DNA of 64,000 bases from Limnochordia bacterium (GTDB lineage: Bacteria; Bacillota; Limnochordia; DTU080): positions 32,001 through 96,000 of the forward strand of contig JBMNJG010000007.1 in NCBI GenBank assembly GCA_050951545.1, in the 5' to 3' direction. The position numbers were made by a program, and so were the translations under genes. This document shows positions 8,378 to 19,600 of the stretch, piece after piece. Each line of letters begins with the position of its first letter. The stretch's first letter is position 1. A model generated the notes under the pieces. That model did not search any database, had not been told where the DNA came from, and saw only the letters and a program-made list of their open reading frames with translations.

Positions 8378-10441
8378 ATGAGACTGTCATGGCATAGAAG
8401 GCAGAAGGCAAAGCCGAAACTTCGTCGCATTTCATCTTCTGAGAAGCAGAAGCTTCTTCGTAGAGTGGACGCGTTGTATGATGTGCTGGCCAGCATTATC
8501 GGGACAGACAGGCTTGTCTTAAAGGCTGGTAAGCTCGATGCTCTGGACCTGATGCGTTCAAAAGAGGTCTCTGAGCGTGTGTTGGGGCTGCGGCGCATCG
8601 TCTTCGAGGACCCCACCATCGATGATCTGGGTGGTAGCGACGATATCTTCCAGGTGCTTGATGCGATCGAGGAAGAGCTGGCCGAGCTTGTGGCGCGGCG
8701 AAGCGTGGAAGATTCCCTCGAGAAAAAAGTGGCTGTCAAGATGCAGGCGCGACATGATGATTACCTTAAGGAGTTGCGCATGCAGGTATTGCGAGAGGAG
8801 AGCGGCCCCGATAACGCCCAGACTTTGCGCAAATATGCCGAACTAGAGAAATTGGATCGCCGGCACCTGGCCCGCTCTGCCGTGGAGCTGTTACGGCCGA
8901 GTTCCATTGATGAGGTGGTAGGTCAGCAACAAGCCATCGCGGCTCTGTTCGCCAAGATCGCATCGCCATTTCCTCAGCATGTGCTCTTGTACGGTCCGCC
9001 TGGTGTAGGTAAGACGACCGTGGCTCGTCTTGCTCTGGAGTATGCTAAGTCGTTGGCATTCACCCCCTTCGATGCCGAGGCGCACTTTGTTGAAGTCAAT
9101 GGAGCGACGTTGCGCTGGGATCCCAGAGAAGCTACTAATCCTCTCTTGGGTTCGGTTCACGATCCCATCTACCAGGGTGCCCGGCGCGATCTGGCTGATG
9201 CAGCAGTGCCGGAGCCGAAGCCGGGTTTGGTCACCGAGGCCCACGGCGGTGTGCTTTTTATCGACGAAATAGGCGAACTCGATCCGATGCTCCAGAGCAA
9301 GCTGCTAAAGGTTCTAGAAGACAAACGGGTTCATTTCGAGTCTGCCTACTATGATCCCACAGATCCCAATGTGCCGAAGTACATCCACAAGCTCTTTGAG
9401 GAAGGAGCCCCAGCGGATTTCCTGCTTATTGGGGCCACCACTCGTGATCCGTCCGAGATCAACATGGCCCTGCGGTCAAGGTGTGCCGAGGTTTTCTTCG
9501 AACCCCTGACTTCCGATCAGGTAATCACCATTGTGGAGAATGCTGCACATAAGCTCAACGTACACCTCGAGCCAGGTAGTGCGAAGCTGATCAGTACGTA
9601 CACCGTGGAGGGGCGTAAGGCTACCAGCGTGCTTGCAGATGCCTACGGTGTGGCCCTCCAACGCGTCTATGGCGGCGATCGTCAAGTTCCCGACGAGCAG
9701 GCACTCCCTACGGTTCCGGCAGTGGTTCCCATTGGGCGCCAGGATGTCGAGGAAGTAGCGCGTGTGAGTCGCCTTCTGCCATATGCGCATGTGCGGGGTT
9801 CTCATAAGGCAGAAATTGGCAAGATCCTTGGTCTGGCCGTGAGCGGCTACCTCGGATCGGTCTTGGAGATCGAAGCCGTCGCTTTTCCAGCCACTCAACC
9901 GGGTAAAGGCTCGTTGCGCTTCAATCAGACAGCGGGATCAATGGCGCAGGATTCGGTCTTCAATGCCGCTGCGGTTGTGCGATTGCTCACTGGGGAGAAT
10001 CTGGCGAACTGGGATGTCCACGTCAACGTGGTAGGTGGAGGGCGTATCGATGGTCCCTCGGCTGGTGCAGCGGTGGTCATGGCCATTACGAGCGCCATCT
10101 TAGAGTGGCCGATCCGGCAGGATGTGGCCGTGACCGGGGAACTCTCGATTCAGGGATACGTCAAGCCTGTGGGTGGAGTATACGAGAAGCTCTTTGGCGC
10201 GAAACAGGCCGGGATCGTCTGCGCTGTGGTGCCACATGGGAATCTGGCGGAACTACCAGCGAAGTTGCCAGGCCTAAAAGTGGTTACGGTCTCCCATGTT
10301 CAGGAGATGCTTCCCGTTCTCTTCCATGGCGAACCAGGGCGCCGCCCCTTGGGTTACCTCAACCAGGTGGCAGCGGCTCATGATCCAGCGGCAGAGGTAG
10401 ATCCGCCACCCTTGCCTGCGCGCCGTGCCCCTGGGGTCTAG
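8378..10441 (+). CDS. lonC: Sporulation-type Lon family ATP-dependent protease
   Basis: Walker A GPPGVGKT, FIDEIGE, LRWDPRE, catalytic DGPSAG; follows rplI; start uncertain (8306 or 8378). Confidence 0.9.
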   Translation: MRLSWHRRQKAKPKLRRISSSEKQKLLRRVDALYDVLASIIGTDRLVLKAGKLDALDLMRSKEVSERVLGLRRIVFEDPTIDDLGGSDDIFQVLDAIEEELAELVARRSVEDSLEKKVAVKMQARHDDYLKELRMQVLREESGPDNAQTLRKYAELEKLDRRHLARSAVELLRPSSIDEVVGQQQAIAALFAKIASPFPQHVLLYGPPGVGKTTVARLALEYAKSLAFTPFDAEAHFVEVNGATLRWDPREATNPLLGSVHDPIYQGARRDLADAAVPEPKPGLVTEAHGGVLFIDEIGELDPMLQSKLLKVLEDKRVHFESAYYDPTDPNVPKYIHKLFEEGAPADFLLIGATTRDPSEINMALRSRCAEVFFEPLTSDQVITIVENAAHKLNVHLEPGSAKLISTYTVEGRKATSVLADAYGVALQRVYGGDRQVPDEQALPTVPAVVPIGRQDVEEVARVSRLLPYAHVRGSHKAEIGKILGLAVSGYLGSVLEIEAVAFPATQPGKGSLRFNQTAGSMAQDSVFNAAAVVRLLTGENLANWDVHVNVVGGGRIDGPSAGAAVVMAITSAILEWPIRQDVAVTGELSIQGYVKPVGGVYEKLFGAKQAGIVCAVVPHGNLAELPAKLPGLKVVTVSHVQEMLPVLFHGEPGRRPLGYLNQVAAAHDPAAEVDPPPLPARRAPGV

Positions 10442-10456
10442 CTAGGAGGGCTAGCT

Positions 10457-11389
10457 GTGCTCACTGCTATGCCTATCGATGGTTGCACACGTGTAGTAGG
10501 GGTCTTCGGAGATCCAGTAGAGCACACACTGTCGCCACCTATGCAGAACAGGGCTTTCGTCGCTATGGGCTTGCCTTATGTCTATGTGCCCTGGCATGTA
10601 CTAGCTCAGCGCCTAGCTGACGCAGTGAGCGCCATTCGAGCCTTGGGGTTGGCGGGTGTGAATGTCACCATACCGCATAAGGTGGCGGTGATGGGGCTAC
10701 TCGATGAGTTGACGCCGGAGGCTCGCCTGATCGGCGCCGTAAATACCATTGAAAACCGAGACGGGTGGCTGGTCGGTCATAACACGGACGGCCCGGGTTT
10801 TCTGCGATCGCTCACCGGCGAAGCGGGTGTGAGCCCGCAGGATCGGCGAGTTCTGCTTTTGGGGGCTGGCGGTGCTGCGCGGGCGATTGCCGTGCAGATG
10901 CTATTGGCGGGCGTTCATAGCCTGGTTCTTGCCAATCGCACCTTGGAGCGGGCTCGGCAACTGCAGCAGTTGCTGGGCGGGGTAGCGCCGCAAACCTTGG
11001 TAGAAGTTGTTCCGCTAGACACTAGCTCATCGGCTTTTTTGTGGGAACTCAGCACAGCAGACATCTTGGTGAACACTACGTCTGCAGGTATGTATCCCCA
11101 CCATACCGAGCCAGCGTTGCTTTCGGCGGCGCTGTTGCGTAGTGAGCTTCTCGTCTGCGATATCGTCTATTCGCCGCGGCGCACGTCACTATTGGTTGAG
11201 GCCGAGCGGGCTGGGTGCACAGTCTTGCCGGGACTGGGCATGTTGGCCCATCAAGGGGCTATGGCCATTGAGATCTGGACGGGTAGGAAGGCCCCGGTGC
11301 AGCTGATGAAGGAAACCCTGGACGAAGAGCTAGCCAGGCGCGAACTGAAAAGCGATGCTTCGGAGGGAAGATGCGATGTCAGAGACTAA
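10457..11389 (+). CDS. aroE: Shikimate dehydrogenase
   Basis: HTLSP, NVTIPHK, GAVNT, NTDG, GAGGAA. Confidence 0.95.
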   Translation: MLTAMPIDGCTRVVGVFGDPVEHTLSPPMQNRAFVAMGLPYVYVPWHVLAQRLADAVSAIRALGLAGVNVTIPHKVAVMGLLDELTPEARLIGAVNTIENRDGWLVGHNTDGPGFLRSLTGEAGVSPQDRRVLLLGAGGAARAIAVQMLLAGVHSLVLANRTLERARQLQQLLGGVAPQTLVEVVPLDTSSSAFLWELSTADILVNTTSAGMYPHHTEPALLSAALLRSELLVCDIVYSPRRTSLLVEAERAGCTVLPGLGMLAHQGAMAIEIWTGRKAPVQLMKETLDEELARRELKSDASEGRCDVRD

Positions 11390-12626
11390 AGGATGCCCGC
11401 AGCAGGGGGCAGATGGCGACCTGGTAGTGCGGCAAGGATGCGTCTACACATCGGAGGGTTTCGTAGAGAATGGCAGCGTGGTGATTTGCGAAGGGCGCAT
11501 TGTCTTTGCCGGGCCGGACGGCCAACTGCCGGAGATGGTGGATGTACCTTGGAGCGGGCGCCAGGTCCGTGTGCCGGATCTACCCACGCTGAACGCCTGT
11601 GACTGCATCGTCTGCCCAGGGCTGATCGATGTACACATGCACGGTGGTGCGGGCCGCGACGTGATGGATGCTCGCCTCGACTCGCTACAGATGATGGCGG
11701 CAGCGCATGGCAGGCACGGCACCACCACGTTTCTGGCTGGATCGATCACGGCGTCTCAGGAGGCGCTAGAGGCGGTTGCCTGGACCGTAAAGGAGGCCAT
11801 GCGAGCTTCACAGCAGCCTGATTGGGGTGGAGCGCAGATTGTCGGTCTGCATCTTGAGGGGCCCTACCTGAGTGTGGAGAAGGCTGGGGCACAAAACCCG
11901 GCCTACCTGCGTCGTCCCTGTCGCCATGAGATTCAGCGTCTTTTTGACATTTTGGGCCCTGGTCTGCGCCATATCACGCTGGCGCCGGAGTTGCCGGGAG
12001 CCTTAGAGATCATCCCTTGGCTGCGGCAGCAGGGCATGCGGGTAGCCATAGGTCACACCGCTGCCAGCTACGAGATCGCCATGGAGGCCATCGCCGCTGG
12101 CGCTGATCACGCCACCCACACCTTCAACGGTATGGTCTCTTTGCATCATCGGGAACCCGGGGTGCTGGGCGCAGTCTTGGGGTCTACAGGGGTGACGGCG
12201 GAGCTCATAGCGGACGGGATCCATATCCATCCGGGTGCCATGCGGGTAGTGTGGCAGGCCAAAGGAAGCTCCCATGTCTGCTTGGTTACCGATTCTGGGA
12301 TGGCCATGGATATGCCAGATGGGCGCTACCTGCTTGGCGAACTGCCTGTGGAAGTCAAAGATGGCGTATGTCGCCTGGTGGATGGCGGAGCGTTGGCCAG
12401 CAGCACATTGGGCATGGATCAGGCAGTGCGCAACATGGTGCAGCTTGTAGGGGTGCCTCTAGCGGAGGCTGTGGACATGGCCACTGCAGTGCCAGCCCGT
12501 CAGTTGGGCATGAGCGATCGCAACGGTTCGGTGCAGGTGGGCAAAGATGGCGACCTATGCTTGCTGGGGCCTGATCTGCTGTGTCGGGAGACGGTGGTTG
12601 CTGGCAGAGTCTTACCGCGCGTCTAG
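11376..12626 (+). CDS. nagA: N-acetylglucosamine-6-phosphate deacetylase
   Basis: PGLIDVHMHG, HLEGPY, TLAPE, ATHTFNGM, DGIH, LASS. Confidence 0.93.
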   Translation: MSETKGCPQQGADGDLVVRQGCVYTSEGFVENGSVVICEGRIVFAGPDGQLPEMVDVPWSGRQVRVPDLPTLNACDCIVCPGLIDVHMHGGAGRDVMDARLDSLQMMAAAHGRHGTTTFLAGSITASQEALEAVAWTVKEAMRASQQPDWGGAQIVGLHLEGPYLSVEKAGAQNPAYLRRPCRHEIQRLFDILGPGLRHITLAPELPGALEIIPWLRQQGMRVAIGHTAASYEIAMEAIAAGADHATHTFNGMVSLHHREPGVLGAVLGSTGVTAELIADGIHIHPGAMRVVWQAKGSSHVCLVTDSGMAMDMPDGRYLLGELPVEVKDGVCRLVDGGALASSTLGMDQAVRNMVQLVGVPLAEAVDMATAVPARQLGMSDRNGSVQVGKDGDLCLLGPDLLCRETVVAGRVLPRV

Positions 12627-13757
12627 CTCTTGGTTCGTCAGCCTTTTCTGGTCATACATGGCCCTGTCAGCCTCATACAGGGCTGCAGGGATATCGGCAG
12701 TGTCGATGGCATGGGCGTAGCCCATGCTAGCAGAGACCCTGATTCCTCTGGCTGACCATTCCTCTTCAAAGCTCTCGGTGACACGGAGCAAAAGCTGCTG
12801 CAGGTCACCCATTTCTTGATGCGTTCGCTGGGTGAGCAAGACGACGAACTCGTCTCCCCCAAAGCGAAACACATGCTCGCCTCCGGCAGCGGCAGCCAGA
12901 TATTTGGCAAAGGACCTCAGTACTCGGTCGCCCATGGCGTGACCGAAGGCATCATTGGCGGCCTTTAGACCGTTGAGATCAAAGGTGGCTAGAAAGTAGG
13001 GGGCATCGGGACGCTGCATCAGGCTGCCCAGTCGCTCATCCCAGGCGTGCCGGTTACCCACCTCTGTCAGAGCATCGCGATGAGCCAGACGCGTGAGGCG
13101 CTTGCGTTGAGCGTACAGCCGGGTGCACTGCCCTGTGCTAAAGACGGTGGCGGATGCTACCAGCAGCGAGGATGCGCCAGCATACTGATAGGCGAGGGCA
13201 GTCAAGATTCCCGTCAGCTGCATGCTCGGACCAGCCCAGCCCTCTGCCAGGATCAGATCATGCAGTATGTCCCACGGGTGGCAGCCTTTTTCTCTAGCGA
13301 CACAAAGACTCGTGGCGATTAGGTTCAGCAGCCAGCGCACGAAGAGCACCCCCACAGCCGCAGCCATACCAGCCCCGCTATATGGGCCAGTCCGATAGCC
13401 CGATAGAGTAAAGAGACCTCCTGCAAGGAATGTGGGGAGGATGCTATTGGCGAGGTTCAGGAGGAGCTTTTGGGGAGGCTGGTGGAGGCGCCAGGCGACA
13501 CGTAGAGTCACACAGGTGTCCATAAGCACTGCGAGGTGGGTGGGCAAGAGCAGGCGCCCAGCGGCCGTAATGGGGGCGCTGACAGGAGACAGGACGCCTC
13601 CCTCTAACTTCAGGTGCCAGTGGGACAGCAGAAGGGCAAGGGCGACAAAGAGGCCTAGTGTATCAAGCTGGGTGATCTCAACCTGGGAGATGGCCCAGAC
13701 TAGCACGACGCTTGCCGCAGCGATGAAGGTAGTCAACAGCATACGGGTCAGCCGCAA
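12612..13757 (-). CDS. Membrane-anchored diguanylate cyclase (GGDEF)
   Basis: Multi-TM N-terminus, DALTEVGNR, DLNGLKAANDAFGHAMGD, RFGGDEF; no RxxD I-site; TTG start after AGGAGG. Confidence 0.9.
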   Translation of the reverse strand: MRLTRMLLTTFIAAASVVLVWAISQVEITQLDTLGLFVALALLLSHWHLKLEGGVLSPVSAPITAAGRLLLPTHLAVLMDTCVTLRVAWRLHQPPQKLLLNLANSILPTFLAGGLFTLSGYRTGPYSGAGMAAAVGVLFVRWLLNLIATSLCVAREKGCHPWDILHDLILAEGWAGPSMQLTGILTALAYQYAGASSLLVASATVFSTGQCTRLYAQRKRLTRLAHRDALTEVGNRHAWDERLGSLMQRPDAPYFLATFDLNGLKAANDAFGHAMGDRVLRSFAKYLAAAAGGEHVFRFGGDEFVVLLTQRTHQEMGDLQQLLLRVTESFEEEWSARGIRVSASMGYAHAIDTADIPAALYEADRAMYDQKRLTNQELDAR

Positions 13758-13963
13758 TGCGGACACCTCCTAGTCCTACCTAGGGCATTGGTCCTAGTCC
13801 ACAATGATATGAGTGTAAGGTTTGCGTATCGCGGGTCATGGCCTTCCTAGAAAAGACAGACATGACTTTGGGCATTTGCCAACATGGCCTAAGACGGGAT
13901 GAGCTCCGGTGATGGATTTCGGGGCTCACAGCGATCACCAGGCTGGCGGGGCACCCTACAGGC

Positions 13964-14395
13964 ATGTGGGTACGTTTTGTCGTCTACGGCATCTTAGGGT
14001 GGACCGTCGAGATTATCTGGACGGGCTTGGGAGGCATACTGCGCGGCGACCCGCGGCTGGCGGGGCGTACCTATCTTTGGATGTTCCTTATCTATGGTCT
14101 GGCTGCACCTGTGCTCGAGCCCATACATGCCCTTGTGGAGTCATGGATCTGGCCTCTACGGGGTCTGGCCTGGATGCTGAGTATCTTCGCCATCGAGTAT
14201 GTCACAGGATGGTTGCTGCAAGAGTTCACTGGGACTTGCCCTTGGGATTACACGGGTGTTCGTTTTTCTGTCCACGGGTTGATCCGCCTGGACTATGCTC
14301 CGGCCTGGTTTGTCTTGGGCCTACTCTTTGAGCGGTTACACCGCCTCTTGATCACCCTCACCCCATCAATTCTGCAGGTACTGCGCCTGCGATAG
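13964..14395 (+). CDS. Putative ABC transporter permease-like membrane protein (CmpB/TMEM229 type)
   Basis: YGILGW.VE, WMFLIYG, EYVTGW, PWDY, GLIRL. Confidence 0.75.
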   Translation: MWVRFVVYGILGWTVEIIWTGLGGILRGDPRLAGRTYLWMFLIYGLAAPVLEPIHALVESWIWPLRGLAWMLSIFAIEYVTGWLLQEFTGTCPWDYTGVRFSVHGLIRLDYAPAWFVLGLLFERLHRLLITLTPSILQVLRLR

Positions 14396-14462
14396 GTCTC
14401 TTTGCTGGAAACGGAAAGGACAAATGCCGGGTCATGGCTAACACCTGTCTCAGCACGTCTTC

Positions 14463-15764
14463 GTGAGAGAAACCGAAGGCACAAAAGGGGACAGACTCTC
14501 GGTGGAAGACAGCCTGCGCAGTGGTGAGCCATGTCTGGGTGAGCCCGATTTCCGCCCCACCGTACTTCTGCTTTGGCTGGGTTATGTGGGGTACTATCTG
14601 GGGCGGGCCAATCTGGCCCTGGCTCTGCCCGTACTTCTCAAGCAGTACGACATTCCTTACACACTAGCTGGTGCCGTCGCTACGGCTGGGTACGTTTGTT
14701 ACGCCGTCGGCCAGCCTGTTCACGGCATGCTTATCGATCGTTTCGGCGCCAAACCCTTCTTTCTGTTGGGGCTGGCTGTCTCTGCAGTGGCCAATCTTGC
14801 CATTGGGTGCATGTCGGCTCCTGTCTGGATGGCAGTCGTGTGGGGGATAAACGGGTTTTTCCAGGCCTGCGGGTGGCCAGCGTTGGTCAAAGTGGCGGAT
14901 GCCTGGTTGCCAGCTAGAGGTCGGGGCCGATTGATGAGTGTGTTGGCAACCAGCGCGCATGTCGGTAGTGTGCTGTCGTGGGCCGTGGCCTCTCTGATGG
15001 TCATCCGCTTTGGCTGGCGCTATGTCTTCTGGGTGCCGGCGTTGGCGGTAGGTCTGGTCTGGGTGGTCAGCTTGCTTTTTTTGCGTGAGCGTCCCGCAAG
15101 ATCATCGGTGGCGGCAAAACTCAGCGAGAAGGAAGTGCTCCCCTTTGCACAGCAGGTGGTTCAGATCGTAGGCAACCCGCAGATTCGGTGGACGGCGTTC
15201 ATCTTAGCCTGCGTCAACTTGATCTACAACGCTGTCTTGGCCTGGTTGCCGACGTATCTGATGGATGCGGGCTTAGCCTTAGCCAACGTGGGTTGGCGTT
15301 CCGTGGCTTTTCCTGTGACCAATGCCATGGGTGCCCTGCTGGTGGGCAGGCTGCTTGATGCTCGGGGCAATGGTCGCCAGACGGGGGTGCTCGTTCTAGT
15401 TCAGGCGGGGCTAGCTTTGGCGTTGTCGGGCCTTCTTCTGGCCCAGCCTAGTTCGATCTGGGCTCTAGTCAGTCTGGCTATGGTGGGCTTATGTATCGCA
15501 GGGGCCAACTTCCTGGTAACTGGGCCCATTCCACTTATGATCAGTATGGGCTCCAGTCAGGGTTTTACTGTCGGTATCATCAACGGCTTTGGCTATGTGG
15601 GTGCCTCTTTGGGGAGTTTCTTGACGGGTTGGTTGGTGCAAACAAGCGGCTGGTCGTCCGCACTGCGGCTGTGGTTGGTCGTGGCCCTTATGGCGTGGGC
15701 GGGCGCGGTTCGCTGTTGCCGCAGCATGACGCAGCGGCAGATCACATATGGAGGTGTGGTATGA
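14463..15764 (+). CDS. MFS transporter, GlpT/UhpC-like
   Basis: YYLGRAN, G.LIDRFG, NGFFQACGWP, W.P...RG; about 12 TM segments. Confidence 0.85.
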   Translation: MRETEGTKGDRLSVEDSLRSGEPCLGEPDFRPTVLLLWLGYVGYYLGRANLALALPVLLKQYDIPYTLAGAVATAGYVCYAVGQPVHGMLIDRFGAKPFFLLGLAVSAVANLAIGCMSAPVWMAVVWGINGFFQACGWPALVKVADAWLPARGRGRLMSVLATSAHVGSVLSWAVASLMVIRFGWRYVFWVPALAVGLVWVVSLLFLRERPARSSVAAKLSEKEVLPFAQQVVQIVGNPQIRWTAFILACVNLIYNAVLAWLPTYLMDAGLALANVGWRSVAFPVTNAMGALLVGRLLDARGNGRQTGVLVLVQAGLALALSGLLLAQPSSIWALVSLAMVGLCIAGANFLVTGPIPLMISMGSSQGFTVGIINGFGYVGASLGSFLTGWLVQTSGWSSALRLWLVVALMAWAGAVRCCRSMTQRQITYGGVV

Positions 15765-16618
15765 GCTTCCCATTATGGGTACGTTTCGGTGAACAGCTTC
15801 TCGAGCACATTGACCGAACAAAGACGCCTCCGGGCTCTCTGGCTATTTGGTATTTGGGGCAGATGGGTCTGGTGCTCAAGGGCGCAGAGACGACAGTTTA
15901 TGTCGATCCCTACTTGAGTGATCCGCATAGAAAGGACGAGACAGGCCGTCAGGTTCCTAGGCGGAAATTCCCGCCGCCGTTTTCAGGCAGTGATATTCGC
16001 CATGCCGATGTTGTGCTTGGTACGCATAACCACAGTGATCACATCGACTTGCCTGCCCTGCAGCTGATAGCCGCCAGTTCTGCACAGGCGCGCTTTGTGG
16101 TACCAGCACCGCATGTCGATGTACTGACGGGGGCTGGCATCGCTGCTTCCAGGGTGCTGGCAGCCCGGGTGGGCCAGACGTTCAAGTATGGTCCGCTGAC
16201 GGTAACGCCGATCCCTGCTGCGCATGAGGAGTTGGAGCGTGATCGTCAAGGCGATTATACATGCGTGGGCTATGTTCTGCAGCTAAACGGCGTGACACTG
16301 TATCACGCGGGCGATACCGTTGAGTACCCGGATCTGCTGTCCACACTGCGTGAATGGCAGCTTGACGTGGCCTGTCTGCCCATCAACGGCCGCGACTTGC
16401 TGCGCAATCGCCGCAGTATCGTCGGGAACATGAACTTTCGCGAAGCAGTCGATGTCGCCTGCGGTGCGGGTGCAGGGCTGATCATCCCCATGCATTACGA
16501 CATGTTCGCTCACAACAGCGAGAACCCAGCTTTCTTCGTCGACTATCTGTATCGCACGTACCCGGCTCAGTCTTTCAAGATCATGGTGCCGGGGGAGCGC
16601 TTGGTGTATGTGCAGTAG
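15761..16618 (+). CDS. Metallo-beta-lactamase-fold hydrolase (UlaG-like)
   Basis: THNHSDHID, YHAGDT, LPING, IPMHYD; ATG 15761 after GGAGGTG. Confidence 0.85.
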   Translation: MSFPLWVRFGEQLLEHIDRTKTPPGSLAIWYLGQMGLVLKGAETTVYVDPYLSDPHRKDETGRQVPRRKFPPPFSGSDIRHADVVLGTHNHSDHIDLPALQLIAASSAQARFVVPAPHVDVLTGAGIAASRVLAARVGQTFKYGPLTVTPIPAAHEELERDRQGDYTCVGYVLQLNGVTLYHAGDTVEYPDLLSTLREWQLDVACLPINGRDLLRNRRSIVGNMNFREAVDVACGAGAGLIIPMHYDMFAHNSENPAFFVDYLYRTYPAQSFKIMVPGERLVYVQ

Positions 16619-16632
16619 CGTGAGATAGGAGG

Positions 16633-19600
16633 ATGCGTATGTGTCGAAAAAGCGTGTTTGTCAGCACCGCAGTACTGTGTGCTTGTGCCGTGCTGTTCGG
16701 GTCAGCAGCTACAGCTCCGATCCATGCGAAAAACGGAACGAACTTGCTGACGGCAGAGGAGATGGCGACAATCCGGACATCACAGGCCTGGTCTGGTGTA
16801 AACACCTCAGCGGTGATCACTCTTGCGGATCGCTGGATGAAGTATACGCCGCAGCAATTGCGAGACATGGTGCCACCCGCTAGCGTGCCTCGCGCCTTTG
16901 ACACGCACTTTCTTCAGTGCCCCCAACACAGCGAAGAGATCAAGGCCTTTGGTAGCTATCCGTGGATCATCGATCCGGATAGGCCCTACAAGCTCATCTG
17001 CCCGGTGGGCGGCGAAGCTTATCCGACCAATGACTTTGATCACCACCACCACGGTGGGCCGGATGATGTCTCGTCCGAGCCTTACGTCGACACGGGTTGG
17101 GGGTGGCGCGACCCAAACCATCCCCAAAAGTACTGGTTTGTCGCTTACTACGCGCACTGGCTGTATCACGCTCATCTACGTCCAGCAGCGGTGGCCTTGG
17201 GGCAAGCCTATGTGCTCACTGGTGATGTGCGCTATGCCACGCAAGGGGCGGCACTGCTAGATCGCATTGCCGAAGAGTATCCAGACATGGACCACGTCAA
17301 ACAGTCTCGCTATGGTACCGAGATCCAGGTGGGCACCTACCAGGGCCGCATTCTGAACTGCATTTGGGAGACGGGCATGGCGCGTGATCTCGCCGTGGCC
17401 TATGACTACGTGTATTCAGGTATGGACGGCAACCGGGCCTTGGAGGAGGCGACAGGCAAGAGCATCGCTCGAATTCGGCAGAACATCGAGGTTAACCTGT
17501 TGGAGAGTGCTGCCCAATCGATTTACACGATGGATGGGCGCATCCGGGGCAATTTCGGTATGCACCATAGCGCCCTGGCCACTCTGGCTATTGTCCTCGA
17601 CAATCACATGACCGATCGTTATCTTGACTTCGTGCTCTATGCCACGGGGTTGGGCTCTTATCCCTATGAGGGGATTATCATGGGGCTGTCCAACCTCGTC
17701 TATCGAGACGGGGCACCCTTCGAAAGCTCCCCTGGCTATAACTCACTGTGGATTGGTCAGTTCAATGCGGTAGCGGAGCTGTTCTTGCGTCGGGGGATCA
17801 ATGTGTACCAGCAAGAGCCTAAGCTGAAGCGGCTCTTTGATTACCCGCTGAAGATCGTGATGGCTGATCAGTTCACCCCAAATATCGGTGACGAAGGCAG
17901 CGTAAAGGCGAAGGGTATCACTGGCTGGCGGGCTTCTACCTACAAGACGGCTTTTGAGCAGTGGGATGAGCGGGCCTATGTAACTGGTAGGCCGTTGACG
18001 ACGGCCAGTGACAACATGAGCGCTTACGGCTTGGCCATGTTGCGCAGTGGCAGCGGTTCGAATGCCACGGGTTTGAGCCTATACTACGGTCCTGCTGGAG
18101 GCCATGGTCACTATGATCGGCTAAACATTGAGCTTTTCGCTAAAGGCGAGCGTCTGCTGCCTGATCTGGGCTATCCGGAGTACATGAGTGGATTCCACAA
18201 GAAGCTCTGTGGCTGGACAGGTCACACCATCAGCCACAACACAGTCTTGGTGAATGAACGGCGGCAGCTCAGCAAGAACGGCGGTCGCCTGCAGCTTTTC
18301 AGTGGCTCACCCAAAGTCCAGTATGTTGACGTGCGGGCAGAAGAGGCCTACCAGGGCATCGCCAGCCGGTACCAACGGTCTGTAGCCATGGTTAGTGCCA
18401 CCGCAAGCGATGTCTATGTCGTCGATGTCTTTCGCGTGCATGGCGGCCATCAGCACGACTTCTCCATCCATGGGCCTGATGGGGCGTTTTCTGTGCAAGA
18501 TCTGACCTTGACACCGCCGCGCCCGGAGGGCACATTGGCGGGTACTGACGTGCCCTTCGGCTATCTCTACGATGCTGCTCATTTGGAGCGACCGGGCTAC
18601 ACAGGTGGCTACGGAAGCTACCAGGGTAGCGGTTTTTCGTATCTGCGTTCTGTGCAAAAGGGACAGCCGGAAGGGGTATGGCACGCCGATTGGGCGCTTG
18701 AGGCTAGAAAGGGAGTTCGCCTGAGCTTCGTTCCGGAGGCGGGCACGGAAGTCTTTGTCGCCGATGGAGAGCCGCCACAGAATAAGGCAGGCAACCCGCC
18801 GACGCTCAAGTATGTGTTGGCCCGTAGGAAGACGGAGGCAGGGGACGCCCTGGGTAGCACTTTCGTCACAGTGCTGCAACCCCACGAGGGTGTGCCTTTT
18901 GTTGACGACATCCGGCGGCTAGAGGCGGCGGATGGCGGCGATCAAGGTGTGGTGGCGCTACAGATCTCGCATGCCCACGGCGAGGATCTCGTCTTGCAGA
19001 GCGTCGATGCGGCCAGTGCATTCCGTGGCACTGACGGCACGTGTTTCAGCGGCTTGCTCGGGGTACTCTCGCGAACCACTGGTGGGATAGTCAACCACGC
19101 TCAGCTACTAGGCGGCGGCGTGCTTCAGCACAACGACTTCCTTCTTGAATCGGCAAGATCCTATACAGGAAGCGTCGTGGCTGCGGACTACGGGGCAGGT
19201 ACCATCATCGTCAAACTCGATCCCGATGCCCCAGCCATGCCCCTGGCGAAGCTGCTAGACGGTCAGCGTATCGTAGTCTCCAACGAGAGGCACGCTTCGG
19301 AGTTTGTGGTCAGTCAGGTAGAGGCCCTCGACGGGCGGCGCTATAAGGTCACCTTTCAAGAGCCAGTGGATCTGACAGGCCAGGGAAAAGTGACTGGCAT
19401 TGCGCCACAGTCTGTCAGCACCAGCACTCCGCTACCCTTGGGTAACTACTACGTGGGTCAGCAGCTGGTCAACCCGACAACCGGGCAAGCCGTACGCATC
19501 GCGAGCATTTCCGGTGCCAACATACGGCTGGAATCTAGAGACAGTGATGTAAGGCCGGGCGAGATGTTTCACATCTACGACTTCGGAGCCGGAGATCGCT

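Noticed and set aside
13780-13965. Small signalling peptide upstream of the diguanylate cyclase
   Set aside because: No hydrophobic or signal character and weak RBS; region is better explained as divergent promoters
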